Source: Lama guanicoe (lineage: Eukaryota). From it: a stretch of DNA of 49,462 nt. A program made the position numbers and the translations under genes. Location of the stretch: positions 19,838 to 69,299 of the forward strand of contig MU053430.1 in the NCBI GenBank assembly GCA_013239625.1, in the 5' to 3' direction. This document shows, piece after piece, positions 10,865 to 24,856 of this stretch (position 1 is the first letter of the stretch; every line of letters begins with the position of its first letter). The notes beneath the pieces were generated by a model that made no database searches, had not been told where the DNA came from, and saw only the letters and a list, made by a program, of their open reading frames with translations.

Positions 10865-13280
10865 TCATTAGCAAAACACAAAATCCCAGTATCAGACGGC
10901 TTCACTGGAGAATTCTCCCAAACATTTAAAGAAGAATTGTACACATTCTTCTCAAATTCCTCAAAAATATCAAGGGACAAGGAACACATCCAATCTGATT
11001 CTACAAAGCAAGAATTACTTGAATACCAAAAGTAAATAAGGGTACCACAAGTAAACTATAGACCAGTATCACCCATGAATGTAGATACAAAGTTTCTTAA
11101 CAAAATAGTAGCAAATCAAATTCAAGTACATCAAAATAGGATTGTACACATTATCCAAGTGGGATTTCACCCTGGGATCCAGGGATGGTTCAACATATGC
11201 AAACCAATAAATGTAAAATATTGTATCAATAACTGAAGAGTTAAAAAAACCATCTCAGTTGATGCAGAAAAAGCATTTGACAAAATGCAACAGGCTTTCA
11301 CAATAAAAACCCTTAACAAATTAAGGGTATCTCAAAATCATAAAGGGAATATATATCAAACACAGAGCTAGCAATATAGTCAGTGAAGAAAAATTGAAAG
11401 TGGATCCTCGAATAACATGAAAAACAATGGATGCCTACTCTTACCACTTCGCATCAATAAATATAGTACTGAAAGTCCTAAACAGAGTAATTAGGCAAGA
11501 CGAAGAAATAAAAGGCATCCAAGTCAGAAAGAAAGAAATAAAATCATCACTATTTGCTGATATGATGTTACATCCCAATGAGTGAAATGAAGTACTGTTG
11601 GAATCGCCTAATGATTTCAAAAAAGTGGCTGGATACAAACATCAACATACAGAAACCAGATGTATTGTTTCGTATCAATGATGCAGCAGCTGAAAAAGAC
11701 ATAAAGGAAATGATCTCATTCAGAAGAGCAAATGAAAAGAAAGCATAACAAACAAAACCAGTAATGAGTAGAGAGATTACTTTAAGACATTAAATATCAT
11801 AGGGGTTAATTTAATCAAGGAAGTGAAAGATCTATACAACAAAAACTACAAACTTTCTGAAAGAAGTACAAAAAAAAGGTAAAAAAAAAACACCCTTTAT
11901 GTATGTAGATCTGGAGAATTAATACTATTAAACTGGCCTTACTGCCCAAAGCTATCCACAAATTCACTGCAATCCAAATCAACATAGAAAAGGCAATCAT
12001 TAAAGAAATAGTGGAAAGAGTTTTAAAGTTTGTGTGTAAATGCGAAAGTCCCTGTACAGCCAAAGCAATGCTTTGAAGAAAAGGAAGCATGGAGGTATCA
12101 TGTTTCCTGACTTCAAACTATAGACAAACCCACACTACTAAAAACAATATGGTACTGTCAAAAAAAATTGTCACATGGACAAATGGAATAGGAGACACCA
12201 GAGTTAAATCCAGCTATATATGGCCAAATAATATTAGACAAGAAAACCCAGAACACCCAATCAGGCAAGACAGTCACTTCAACAAAGGTGCAGGGGAAAA
12301 GTACACAAATGCATGCAATAAAAATATTGAACGCCTGTCCCACACCATTCGCAAACAATTAACTCAAAATGGATTAAGCACTGGTATCGTGAAACTCCTA
12401 GACACATCCTAAATAAAGAACCAATATTGCTTTTTGCAAGGATTTGTCTTGACATAATGACAAAAACACAAACAGCAAAAGCAAAAATCAACACATGGGA
12501 CCACATCAAACTCAAAAGGTTTTGCACCACAAAAGAAAAAGTAAAAATTCAAAAAAGATAATCTTCAGAATTTGAGACAATTTTGGAAATGTGTATTCAG
12601 GCAGAGGTTAATATCCAAAATATGTAAAAACTCATAGAACAGAAAAACAAGAACAAGGAACAAACCCACCAATTCAATGAAAAAAGAGACGGAATAAATA
12701 AACAGATATTGTTGCAAAGAGCTCCAAAAGTCACACGAAAAGATGCTCAATATCTCTATCGATCAGAGAAATGCAAACCAAAGCCAAAATGGGATATAAC
12801 CTCACATCTGTTAGAATATCTATCATCAAGAAGACACAACAGGTGGGGCAAGAATGTAGTGAAAAGAGAACCCTTTCAAATTGTTGTTTGGAATGTAAAA
12901 TGGCCTAAACACTTTGGAAAACAGTACGACTGTAGCAAAAAAATTAAGAATAGATCTACCATACAATCTAACATTTCCGTTTGTGCATATATACACCCAA
13001 AGAGTATGAGAACTTCGATGTGCATTTTGGTGAAGTGTATGCATGCCCATGTTACAGCATTATGTGCAACAGCCCAAATTAGGGAAACCCAAATGCCCAT
13101 CAGCAGATGAATGGATAAAAGTATGTGGAATGTGCACTATTGGACAGTATGCATCCAAGAGAAAGAAGGATATTCTTCAATTTGCTAAAAGATGAATGGA
13201 GTTTAAGCACATTATGTAAATGAGTTAATTTGGAAATAAAAGACAACTGGTATATAAGATCACTCATATGTAGAATAATG
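10865..13280 (+). mobile_element. Degenerate L1 ORF2 3' half (RT domain to C-terminus)
   Basis: [43 protein letters not shown] and LFADM motifs, with many stops and frameshifts. Ends at 'gatcactcatatgtagaat'. Confidence 0.95.
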
Positions 13281-14621
13281 GAAACATCATGAAAATAGAT
13301 ATAAATATACTATATATAATATAGATGTATAAAATATATATGCAATATCATATAATACGAGGGGGGTGAAAAGGTAAATTTTATCATTACTTTATGTAAG
13401 TGACGTTCAGATGTTACCAGTTTAAAATAAGCCATTGTTATAAGACATTTTATATAAGAACCTTGGTAATTCCAATATAACTGCCTACATTATTTTTACA
13501 CCTGAAAAAGATACAGGAATCAAAACTTATCCATGCAAAAATGGTCATTAAATACAAAATAAGACAGCAAAAGAGAAGAGATATAAACAATGCAGGACAG
13601 GGAACAGTTAGCAAAACAGCAAGAGTAAAACCTTTCCTATAAATATTTACTTTAAATGGTAGTGAATTCAACTCCCAAATAGAAAGATAAAGCACAGCTA
13701 AATGGATAGGAAAAAAAAGAGCCACCTGAACCCTTTCTTCAAGAAACTCACTTTAGATTTAGGGACAAACAGACCAAAAGTGAAGATAGATCTACCATAC
13801 AATCTAACATTTCCGTTTGTGCATATATACACCCAAAGAGTATGAGAACTTCGATGTGCATTTTGGTGAAGTGTATGCATGCCCATGTTACAGCATTATG
13901 TGCAACAGCCCAAATTAGGGAAACCCAAATGCCCATCAGCAGATGAATGGATAAAAGTATGTGGAATGTGCACTATTGGACAGTATGCATCCAAGAGAAA
14001 GAAGGATATTCTTCAATTTGCTAAAAGATGAATGGAGTTTAAGCACATTATGTAAATGAGTTAATTTGGAAATAAAAGACAACTGGTATATAAGATCACT
14101 CATATGTAGAATAATGGAAACATCATGAAAATAGATATAAATATACTATATATAATATAGATGTATAAAATATATATGCAATATCATATAATACGAGGGG
14201 GGTGAAAAGGTAAATTTTATCATTACTTTATGTAAGTGACGTTCAGATGTTACCAGTTTAAAAGAAGCCATTGTTATAAGACATTTTATATAAGAACCTT
14301 GGTAATTCCAATATAACTGCCTACATCATTTTTACACCTGAAAAAGATACAGGAATCAAAACTTATCCATGCAAAAATGGTCATTAAATACAAAATAAGA
14401 CAGCAAAAGAGAAGAGATATAAACAATGCAGGACAGGGAACAGTTAGCAAAACAGCAAGAGTAAAACCTTTCCTATAAATATTTACTTTAAATGGTAGTG
14501 AATTCAACTCCCAAATAGAAAGATAAAGCACAGCTAAATGGATAGGAAAAAAAAGAGCCACCTGAACCCTTTCTTCAAGAAACTCACTTTAGATTTAGGG
14601 ACAAACAGACCAAAAGTGAAG
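12950..14621 (+). repeat. 836-bp near-identical direct tandem duplication
   Basis: Copy 1 is 12950-13785 and copy 2 is 13786-14621. ORFs 13450..13725 and 14286..14561 are offset by 836. I noticed only two substitutions (aaataag/aaagaag and acattat/acatcat). Confidence 0.97.
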
Positions 14622-15908
14622 CGAGGGAAATTTATATACTATGCATATGTAACTGAGAGAAAGCAGAAGTGGATATATTTATATCAGAAAATATCATCTT
14701 TACATGAAAAACTGCCTCTAAAAGAAAATAATGCCATTACATAAAGATAAATGGGTCAATTCAACAGGAAGATAAACAGTTGTACATATATATATACACC
14801 AAATATCAGAGCAAATACATATTTAAAACAAATGTTGACAAATCAGAAAGGAAAAATTGTCTGCAATATAACAGTAATAGGAGACTTCAATGTGTGACTT
14901 TGAATCATTGATAGTTTAACCAGATAGCAAGTTCAAAAAGAAACAGTGGACTTGAACTACACTATAGTGCAAACAAGACTGACTAATATATATGGAATTT
15001 TTGCCCAATAACAGAAAAATACACATGTTTATCAAGCACACACAGAATGTTCCCCATGATAAAATATATGCCAGGTCACAAAACAAGACTTAACCATTTT
15101 ATGAAGTTTAAAACCATTCCAAATATCTATTTTGGCCACAACAGAGACAAAGCAGAAATTGATGGCAGCAAGGAAACTGATAAAAATTTGCCAAAACATG
15201 GAAATTAAAAAGCACAGCCTTGAACAACAAAGGGTCAAAGACAAAATCAAAAGGGAAACTTAAAAATGCCCACAGACTAAAGAAGATGAAAACACTACTT
15301 ACCAAAAGGTATGGGATACAGCAAAAGCAGGATGTTTATATGGATAATTTCTTATATTATAAAAAGGAGAAATGTCTCAAGTAAATGACCAAGCTTTACA
15401 CTTAGGCACTAGAAAATGAAAACAAAATATACCTGAAGTTAGAAGGAAGTAAAATGTAAAGATTAGAGCAGAAACAAAGAAAATAGAGAAATCAAAATGT
15501 CAAAAAAATCAACAAAATTGAGGTTTTGAATTATTATTAATTATTATTATTATTATTATTATTTTGGAAAATAGACAACACAGAGAAAACTTTAGCTAGA
15601 ATGTGAAAAAGTGAAAAGTCTCAAAAAAAATCAGAAATTAAAAAAAGAGAAATTACAACAGATGCCTGAAAAAAGTGAACAGTTATATAACAACAAATTA
15701 GAGAATGAACAAGACATGGATAAAATCTTTATCTCATACATCCTACCATCCTATCTTTTTCTGAATAAAGAAAAACAGAGAGGCTAAACAGCCCAGTAAG
15801 AAAGAAGAGGATTGAAATCAGAATAAAAAACTTCCCAACAAGAAAAGCCCAGGTCCAGAACGTTCATGGATGAAGTCTCAAAACATTCAAAAAATAATTG
15901 TCACCAAT
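13285..15908 (+). mobile_element. Degenerate L1 inter-ORF region plus ORF2 5' half (endonuclease), interrupted by the 836-bp duplication
   Basis: 'atatttactttaaatggtagtgaattcaactcccaaatagaaaga' (IITLNVNGLNSPIKR-like), 'gtaataggagacttcaat' (VIGDFN). Ends just after 'aaaagcccaggtccaga' (KSPGP). Confidence 0.9.
15529..15565. repeat. (TTA)n microsatellite inside L1
   Basis: ttattatta... run, read directly. Confidence 0.9.
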
Positions 15909-15914
15909 GAAACA

Positions 15915-17437
15915 GGATGATAATGGTACACAGTCACACACAAAAACCAATGGAATGGAAGAGAAAGCCCAGAAATAGGTGCACACATTTGATCAATTTA
16001 CCTGTGACAAAGGAGGTAAGAATATATCATGGAGAAAAGACAGTCTCTTTAATAAATGCTCTGCTGGGAAAACTGGACAGCTCCTTGTGAAAAATGAAAC
16101 TAGAGCATCTCTTAACACCATATACAAACATAAACTCAAAATGGATTAAAGACCTAAGCATAAGACAAGATACTCTAAAATTCCTAGAGGAAAACATAGG
16201 CAAAGAACACTTTCAAGTAAATCACAGCAATAATTTATTTTCCAATAGTGCCTAGAGTAATGGAAATAAAAGCAAAAATAAGCAAATGGGACTTAATTAA
16301 ACCTAAAATCTTTGCATAGCAAAGGAAACCATAAACAAAGTGAAAAGACAACTGACAGAATGGGAGAAAATATTTGCAAATGATGAGACTGACAAGGGAT
16401 TAAATCCAAATTATATGAACAGCTCCTACGACTTAATAGAAAAGGAAACAACCAACCCAATCAAAAAATGGGTAGAAGACCTAAATAGACACTTCACTAA
16501 GAAGACACACAGATGGCCAACAGGCACATGAAAAGATTCACAATATCGCTAATTATTAGGGAAATACATATCAAAACTACAATGAGGTGTCACCTCACAC
16601 CAGTCAGAATGGCCATCCTTAAAATGTCTACAAAGGATAAATGCTGGAGAGAGTGTGGAGAAAAGGGGATCCTCCTACACTGTCGGTGGTAATGTAAATT
16701 GGTGCAGTCACTTTGGATAAGAGTATGGAGGTTCCCCCAACAAAAAAACTAAAAAACATGTTACTACATGACTGAGCAATCCCACTCCTGGGGATATATC
16801 TGGGTAAAACTATAACCCAAATAGACACATGCACCCCAGTGTTCATAGCATCGCTCTTTACAGTAGCCAAGATATGGGGGCAACCTAAATGTCTATCAAC
16901 AGATAAGTGGATAAAGATGTTATACACACACCACACACACACACACACACACAATGGAATATTACTCAAGCAAAAAAAGAATGAGACTATGTCATTTGCA
17001 GCAACACAAGTGGAGCTAGAGATTATTATGTTAAATGAAATCAGTCTGACAGAGAAAGACAAATGTTATATCATGATATGATTAGTGCTATTTAAAACAA
17101 AATGACAAAAGTGAACTTGTTTACAAACCAGAACTAAACTCACAGACACAGAAAAAAATGGTTACCAAAAGGAAAAATGGTGGGGGGAGGAATAAACTAG
17201 AATTTTGGGATTAATATATACACACTACTCTAAATAAAATATATAAACAAAAGGGCCTGCTCTATAGCATATGGAACTATGTTAAATATTTTGTAATAAC
17301 CTATAGTGGAAAAGATTTGAAAAAGAATATATATATACATATATATGAGAGTGTGTATATATATAATTGAATCCCTTTGCTGTATACCAGAAACTAATAC
17401 ATCATTCTAAATTAAATATACATCAATTTAAAAAAAT
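15915..17437 (+). mobile_element. 5'-truncated L1 (ORF2 C-terminus, 3'UTR, A-tail), with an internal (CA)n at ~16922-16952
   Basis: [14 protein letters not shown] and MFIASLFTVAKIW motifs; 3' end 'tgctgtataccagaaactaatacatcatt...caatttaaaaaaa'. Confidence 0.95.
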
Positions 17438-17469
17438 CATAATAATTATTCTCACCAAAATAGTTATAG

Positions 17470-20217
17470 GATAATTTGAACAGACAGATCACTAGAGGTG
17501 AAATCAAATCAGCAATAAAAAAACCTCCCTGCAAACAAAAGTCCAGGACCAGATGGCTTCACTGGGGAGTTCTACCAAACATACAAAGAACTCATACCAA
17601 TCCTTCTCAAGCTCTTCCAAAAGACTGAAGGAGGGAACACTGCCAAACTCATTCTATGAAGCCACCGTCACCCTGATATGAAAAGCAAAGATTCTACCCT
17701 AAAAGAAAACTATAAACCAGTATTACTGGTGAACATAGATGCAAAACTTTTCAACAAAATATCAGCAAAGAGAATCCAACAACACCTAAAAAAATCACAC
17801 ACTATGATCAAGTTGGATTCATCTAAGGGACACAAAGATGGCTCAACTTATGCAAATCAATCCCCATGACACACCACATCAACAAAAGAAAAGGGAAAAT
17901 TTACATGTCATCTAAATCAATGTGGAAAAAGCATTTGATTAAATTCAACACCCATTTATGATAAAAACTCTTACCAAATTATGTATAAAGTGAACATATC
18001 TCAACATAATATAAGTTATTTGTGACAAACCCACAGGCAATATAATACTCAATGGTGAAAAGTTCAAAGTTTTCCCATTAAAGTCTATGCAAGAAGAAGA
18101 TGCCCATTCTCACTGCTTCTATTCAACACAGCACTGGAATTCCTAGGCATAGCAGCCGGACAAGAAAAAGAAATAAAAGGGATCCAAATTGGAAGAGAAG
18201 AAGTAAAACTGCCACTATATGCAGATGACATGACACTATATATAAATAACCCTCAAGACGCCACACAGAAACTACTAGAGCTAATAAAAGAATTTGGCAA
18301 GGTAGCAGGACACAAGAGTAACATACACCAATCAGTCACATTTCTTTACACTTACAATGAAACAACACAAAAGAAAAGAAACAATCCTTTTAAAATCATA
18401 TTCAAAAATTAAAATACTTTAGGAACAAGTTTGATCAAGGTGGTGAAAGATACAGAGAAGTACAGTGATTAGGAAATTAAAGAGTACTTAAAGGAATGGA
18501 AAGATACCCAATGCTCTTAGATTAGAAGAATTTTTGTTGAAATGGCCATACTACCCAAAGCAATGTACAGATTTAATGTGATCCCTGACAAATGACCCAG
18601 GACAGTTTTCACAGAACTAGAACAGATTATCCTAAAACTTATATGGAATCACAGAAGATACAGAATTCCCAAAACAGTACTGAAGAAAAAGAATGGAGCT
18701 GGAGAAATAACCCTCCCAGACTTTATATAATACTACAGAGCTACAGTCATCAAAACAGTGTGGTACTGGCACTAAGACAGACATATGGATCAATGGAACA
18801 GAATAGAGAGCCCAGAAATAAATCCATAGACTTACGGTCAATGAATCTTCCACAAAGGGGGCAAATTCAGTGAAAATCATCTCCTGAGAAATGGTATTGG
18901 GAAAGCATGTAAATCAATAAAGTCAAAACACTCCCTCACTCCATACACAAAAATTAACTCAAAACAGCTTAAAGATGAAAACATAAGACACCCTAAATCT
19001 CCTAGAGGAAAACATTGGCAAAACATTCTCAATATAAATCTCAGCAATGCTCTCCTAAGGTAGTCTACCCAGGCAATAGAAACAAAAGCAAAAATAAACA
19101 AATGGAACCTAATTAAACTTAATAAGCTTTTCCATGGCAAATGAAAACATAAGCAAAACAAAAAGACAACATATGGATTCAGAGACAATACTTGAAAAAG
19201 ATGAGACTGACAAGGGCTTAATTTTCATAATATATAAAGAGCTCATACAACTTAATAAGGAAAATACAAACAACCCAATCAAGGGCAGAAGACCTAAACA
19301 AGCAATTCTCCAATGAAGACATAAAATGGCCCACAGGCACATGAAGAAATACTCAGTATTGCTAATGATCAGAGAAATGCAAATCAAAACTACAATGAGG
19401 TATGAACCCACACCAGTCAGAATGGCCACCATTCAAAAGTCCACAAATGATATATGCTGGAGAGGGTGTAGAGAAAAGGGAACCCTCCTACCCTGTTGGT
19501 GGGAATGTAGTCTGGTGCAACCATGGAAAATAGTATAGAGATTCCTCAAAAGAGTAAAAATAGACTTACCACATGATCCAGCAATCCCAGTCCTGGACAT
19601 ACATACAGAGGGAACTCTAATTTGAAAATATACATGCACCCCAATGTTCATAGCAGCAATCTTTGCAATAGCCAAGACATGAAAACAACCTAAATGTCCT
19701 TGACAGATGAATGGATAAAGAATTAGTGGTATATTTATACAATGGAATACTTCTCAGCAATAAAAAGAATAAAATGCCATTTGCTGCCGCAATATGGACG
19801 GACTTGGAGATTGTCATTCGAAGTGACATAAGCCAGAAAGAGAAAGAAAAATACCACAGGATGTCGCTTATACATAAAATCTTAAAAAAAGACACAAATG
19901 AACTTATTTACAAAACAGAAACAGATTCAGACATATTTATGGTTACCAGGGGGTAAAAGAAGGGATAAATTGGGAGTTCGAGGTTTGCACTCACTAAGTA
20001 CTATATATAAAGTAGATAAACAACACATTTCTTCTGTATAGCACAGGGAGCTATATTCAATATCTTGTAGCAATGTATAATGGAAAAGAATATGGTAAGG
20101 ATTTTATATATATATTTATATATATACCAAACATATAAATGAATCATTATGCTGTATATCAAAAATTAATACAACATTGTAAATCGAGCATACTTCAATA
20201 AATATATATATATATAT
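17470..20217 (+). mobile_element. 5'-truncated degenerate L1 (RT domain to 3'UTR) with a (TA)n tail
   Basis: [23 protein letters not shown] and HRMSLI motifs; 3' end 'aatacaacattgtaaatcgagcatacttcaataaatatata'. Confidence 0.95.
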
Positions 20218-20368
20218 TCTCCCATTTCCTAAATATTTATCTTTTTAATGGTCAACAATGCAATCAAAAAGGTAAAACCATCACATAACTCAACACTTCT
20301 CGGCATTGGACATTTACTTTTCCTTAACTTCAGAAGGCAACGTGGTCCTGCTTAAAAATAGATATTTT

Positions 20369-22217
20369 CTGGGAATAAATCTAACCAAGGAGGTGAAAGA
20401 ATTATACACAGAAAACTATAAACCATTGATGAAGGAAATTAAAGAAGACTTTAAAAAATGGAAAGATATTCCATGCTCTTGGATTGGAAGAATCAATATT
20501 GTTAAAATGGTCACACTGCCCAAGGCAATCTACAGATTTAATGCAATCCCTATCCAATTACCCAGGACATATTTCACAGAACTAGAACAAATCATAATAA
20601 AATTTATATGGAACCATCAAAGACCTAGAATTGCTAAAGCATTACTGAAGAGAAAGAAAGAGGCTGGAGGAATAACTCTCCCAGACTTCAGACAATACTA
20701 TAGAGCTACAGTCATCAAGACAGCATGGTATTGGTACCAAAACAGACATATGGACCAATGGAACAGAATAGAGAGCCCAGAAATGAACCCACAAACCTTT
20801 GGTCAACTAATCTTCGACAAAGGAGGCAAGAATATACAATGGAATAAAGACAGTCTCTTCAGCAAATGGTGTTGGGAAAACTGGACAGCAGCATGTAAAA
20901 CAATGAAGCTAGAACACACCCTTACACCATATACAAAAATCAACTCAAAATGGATTAAAGACTTAAACATAAGACAAGATACAATAAACCTCCTAGAGGA
21001 AAACATAGGCAAAACATTATCTGACATACATTTCAAAAATTTTCTCCTAGAAGAAATAAAAGCAAGAATAAACAAATGGGACCTAATGAAACTTACAAGC
21101 TTCTGCAGAGCAAAGGAAACCAGAAATAAAACAAGAAGAAAACCTACGGAATGGGAGAAAATTTTTGCAAGTGAAACCGACAAAGGCTTGATCTCCAAAA
21201 TATATAAGCAGCTCATACGACTCAATAAGAAAAAAATAAACAACCCAATCCAAAAATGGGCAGAAGACCTAAACAAGCAATTCTCCAAGGAAGACATACA
21301 AATGATCAAAAAGCACATGAAAAAATGTTCAATATCACTAATTATCAGAGAAATGCAAATCAAAACTACAATGAGGTATCACCTCACACCAGTCAGAATG
21401 GCCGTCATTCAAAAATCCAAAAATGACAAATGCTGGAGAGGCTGTGGAGAAAGGGGAACCCTCCTACACTGCTGGTGGGAATGCAGTTTGGTGCAGCCAC
21501 TATGGAAAACAGTGTGGAGATTCCTCAAAAGACTAGGAATAGACTTACCATATGACCCAGGAATCCCACTCCTGGGCTTGTACCCAGAAGGAAATCTACT
21601 TCAGGATGACACCTGCACCCCAATGTTCATAGCAGCACTATTTACAATAGCCAAAACATGGAAACAGCCTAAATGTCCATCAACAGGTGACTGGATAAAG
21701 AAGAGGTGGTATATTTATACAATGGAATACTACTCAGCCATAAAAACCGACAACATAATGCCATTTGCAGCAACATGGATGCTCCTAGAGAATGTCATTC
21801 TAAGTGAAGTAAGCCAGAAAGAGAAAGAAAAATACCATATGAGATCGCTCATATGTGGAATCTAAAAAACAAAAACAAACAAACAAACAAAAACAAAGCA
21901 TAAATACAGGACAGAAATAGACTCATGGACAGAGAATACAGACTTGTGGTTACCGGGGGGGTAGAGGGTGGGAAGGGATAGACTGGGATTTCAAAATTGT
22001 AGAATAGATAAACAAGATTACACTGTATAGCACAGGGAAATATACACAAAATGTTATGATAAATCACAGAGAAAAAAATGTGACAATGAGTGTGTATATG
22101 TCCATGAATGACTGAAAAATTGTGCTGAACACTGGAATTTGACACAACATTGTAAAATGATTATAAATCAATAAAAAATGTTAAAAAAACTAAATAAATA
22201 AATAAACCTAATTACCA
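20369..22217 (+). mobile_element. Young 5'-truncated L1 with an open ORF2 C-terminal portion and a 15-bp TSD
   Basis: The ORF is uninterrupted to the stop at 21865 ([13 protein letters not shown]...[10 protein letters not shown]). TSD aaaaatagatatttt at 20354-20368 and 22218-22232; the left copy is preceded by TT (TT/AAAA endonuclease site). Confidence 0.97.
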
Positions 22218-23039
22218 AAAAATAGATATTTTGCCATGTTTCCTTCAAACATACATATATAAGATATTCACATACTTCTGCCACTAAAATGGATCATGCG
22301 TCACATATACTATGAGAAAAGAAATGAAAAAAATTATCTACAAAATCAAAAAGAATCCATTTATATTTCCATCACTGTCCCTGTTCTGAATTACAGCCAT
22401 CAGCAAACTAGCCAAAGGAAAGGTCTTAAGGAATTTTGATACTCAACAATAGAGCTCTATACCTAAGTCCATGCATAAATTCAACTTAATTTTTTAAAAT
22501 AATGCTGCTTTTTGAATACATTCATGTGATAAATCATGACATAATGTGTCACTTACTAAAGACTGTTTCCTACTGAAAATAGGATAGGAGTATTTCTAGC
22601 CGTTTCCCTTTCCAAGTCAAATGGCTCTTCATGGGAACAACTTTTGATTTCTGAGAATAAAAAAATTGTTAAATATACATTACTATTAGCTCAGAACTCA
22701 TAGGAAAGCAAAATAAATTGTAGAAGTTTACAGGAATTCTAAAGATGACACTGAGAGACCACAAGGAAAGGTAAACTGGGTTTTCCTATAAATTTAACCT
22801 TTCCTGTAAGCTATAACTATAATTAATTAGTTAATACTGATTGATGCCTCTCATAATATATTAAAGTCCAAAGTAGCTTAAAATGGAATTAAAGGTATAC
22901 CAAGCTTGTTTTAAAGAAATGTATACAGAGGAATGACAAGCTTCAACCAATAGAGAAGGAATAAGGAAGTTAGAAGTTTTAACAGATGCTCAGTCTAGTG
23001 GGTGAAGGAGGATGAGGACAGGATATTTAGATACCCTCA

Positions 23040-23760
23040 AAGAATCACCACACAAGTGATTTACTGATTTTAAATGAAAAAAAAAACATAACTTCATAGT
23101 GGAGGAACAGGCAGACACCACCTAGACAAAGTGACCAAATTGTTTATTCTCATTAGCAATTATGAGACCGACAGCCCTCAAACACAAGTCAGCCAACAGA
23201 CGGGACACGGATCACTCAGCAGACAAACCCAGAAGAAGAGACGTTTGTGTAGATAACAAGCCAGTGTGCATGCCCCGATGGCACCGTCAGAAAGACAAAG
23301 ACTGTGGAGCTGCCACAGTTTCAAGAGGCCTCAGGAGATGTGACAACTGAACACGATGTGTGATCTTAGATCGGCAAAACAGCTATAAAGAACACTTCTA
23401 AATGCGGGCTGTGGATTAGATAATTGATCGATGTCAAATTTGTCCAATTTGATAATTATACTGTGTACATGTCAAAGGACATCCACGTTCTTAGAACATA
23501 TACACAAAAGTATTTGGGGTAAAGGACTGTGGTATCTCTGACTTGCTGGCGGTTGGTTCAGGAAAAAAATCATGCATACCTGCATAAGTACATAGAAGCA
23601 CACATACATACATGTCTGTATGTGAGGGGCAGGAGGGAGGGAATGGTAGAAAAAATGAGAAATAGGAAAATTAGGCAACTGGTTGTCCAGGTAAACCAAA
23701 TGTAGGATTTCCAAGTCCCAGTTTGCAACTAGTAAGCTTGAATCAAAATAAAAAGGAATA
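23040..23760 (+). mobile_element. Old L1MC-like 3' region
   Basis: 'ggcagacaccacct', 'gatgtcaaatttgtccaattttgataattatactgtg' and 'agtatttggggtaaagg' are L1MC 3'UTR-type motifs. Confidence 0.65.
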
Positions 23761-24856
23761 TACAAACAATAACAATAGTAAATAACAAGGAGTCCCAGTT
23801 TGTCTAACCTGGAATTGTACTACTTCTAACCAAAGGACCCGAGGCCAGGGCGCTGCTACAGAACTCCTGGCTTAGAGTTAAGGGCAGTCAAACCTGCCTC
23901 ACAGACAGTGTAAGGCTTTGCTTTCATCTGCATCTGACATAAGTTTTAGAGGCTGAGGGCGCTGTAGCTGCGGACACAAGTATCTCTTTAACTGATGGTG
24001 TGGCTGCCACTTCAGAGCGACAGCAGACACACTGGGAAGGCATAGTACGAAAGATGATTTACAAGCTCTACTCTTCTAAGTGAGTAAAAACATTCAACTT
24101 TCCTAAAGTGATTGTAAAAAGTTATTACTTCACTGATTTAAGCCATATTTAAGATGACAGATACAACATCTTACAATAAAATTAAAACATTCTTACTATG
24201 AAAATGCTCATAATATTTCACATATGGTTCTAGAATTCTTCAAATATGTCCATCCTTAACCATAATATTTTTAAAAATTAAAAAGTTGCTCTAACATTTA
24301 GGACTTGTACAAATGAATTCTTTGATTAAAATCTACACATAAAATAGTACAATGCCTTGAGTATCAAAGTTTCAATTTACATAGAACTGAAAATATTATG
24401 CAATGTACACCAATACACTACAAATATTAACTTATTCAAAGTGAAGCTTCTGACATTTTCTAAGGGTATAGTAAAATCATACTTCTAGGACTAGCTGATA
24501 ATGCTTACCAAGGGCAGACATGACTATCCCAGAAACTTTTACAGGATCATTATAATAATGGCCAGGGGCTAGACCACATACTGCCCCTAAAAGTGTCATT
24601 AAATAATGTCTTGAAGTGTAACTGCAGGCATCTCGGACTTCCCTAGAAACCTCAGAGACTCCTTCAGAGCTTCTGGAGTAGTTCTGTCACTACAGTTCCC
24701 AATATCTTCCAATTCTGAAACGCACCAGTGCTGGAACTGGAATAAGTATTGGATCCAGCGGGTTTTCACCAACATAAAGGAGTTTAGTGAATGCTCCACA
24801 CAAGCAAGTGGCAATGAGCAACACCCATCAACTGAAAGAGACACCACTGTTATTTG

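Noticed and set aside
20306..21865. 519-aa ORF as a host gene or fusion protein
   Set aside because: It is L1 ORF2 from 20369 onward. The first ~21 codons are chance read-through from the flank, starting at a non-ATG codon (TTG).
24783..24830. Possible hairpin or small RNA
   Set aside because: The stem is short and imperfect, and I identified no box motifs.
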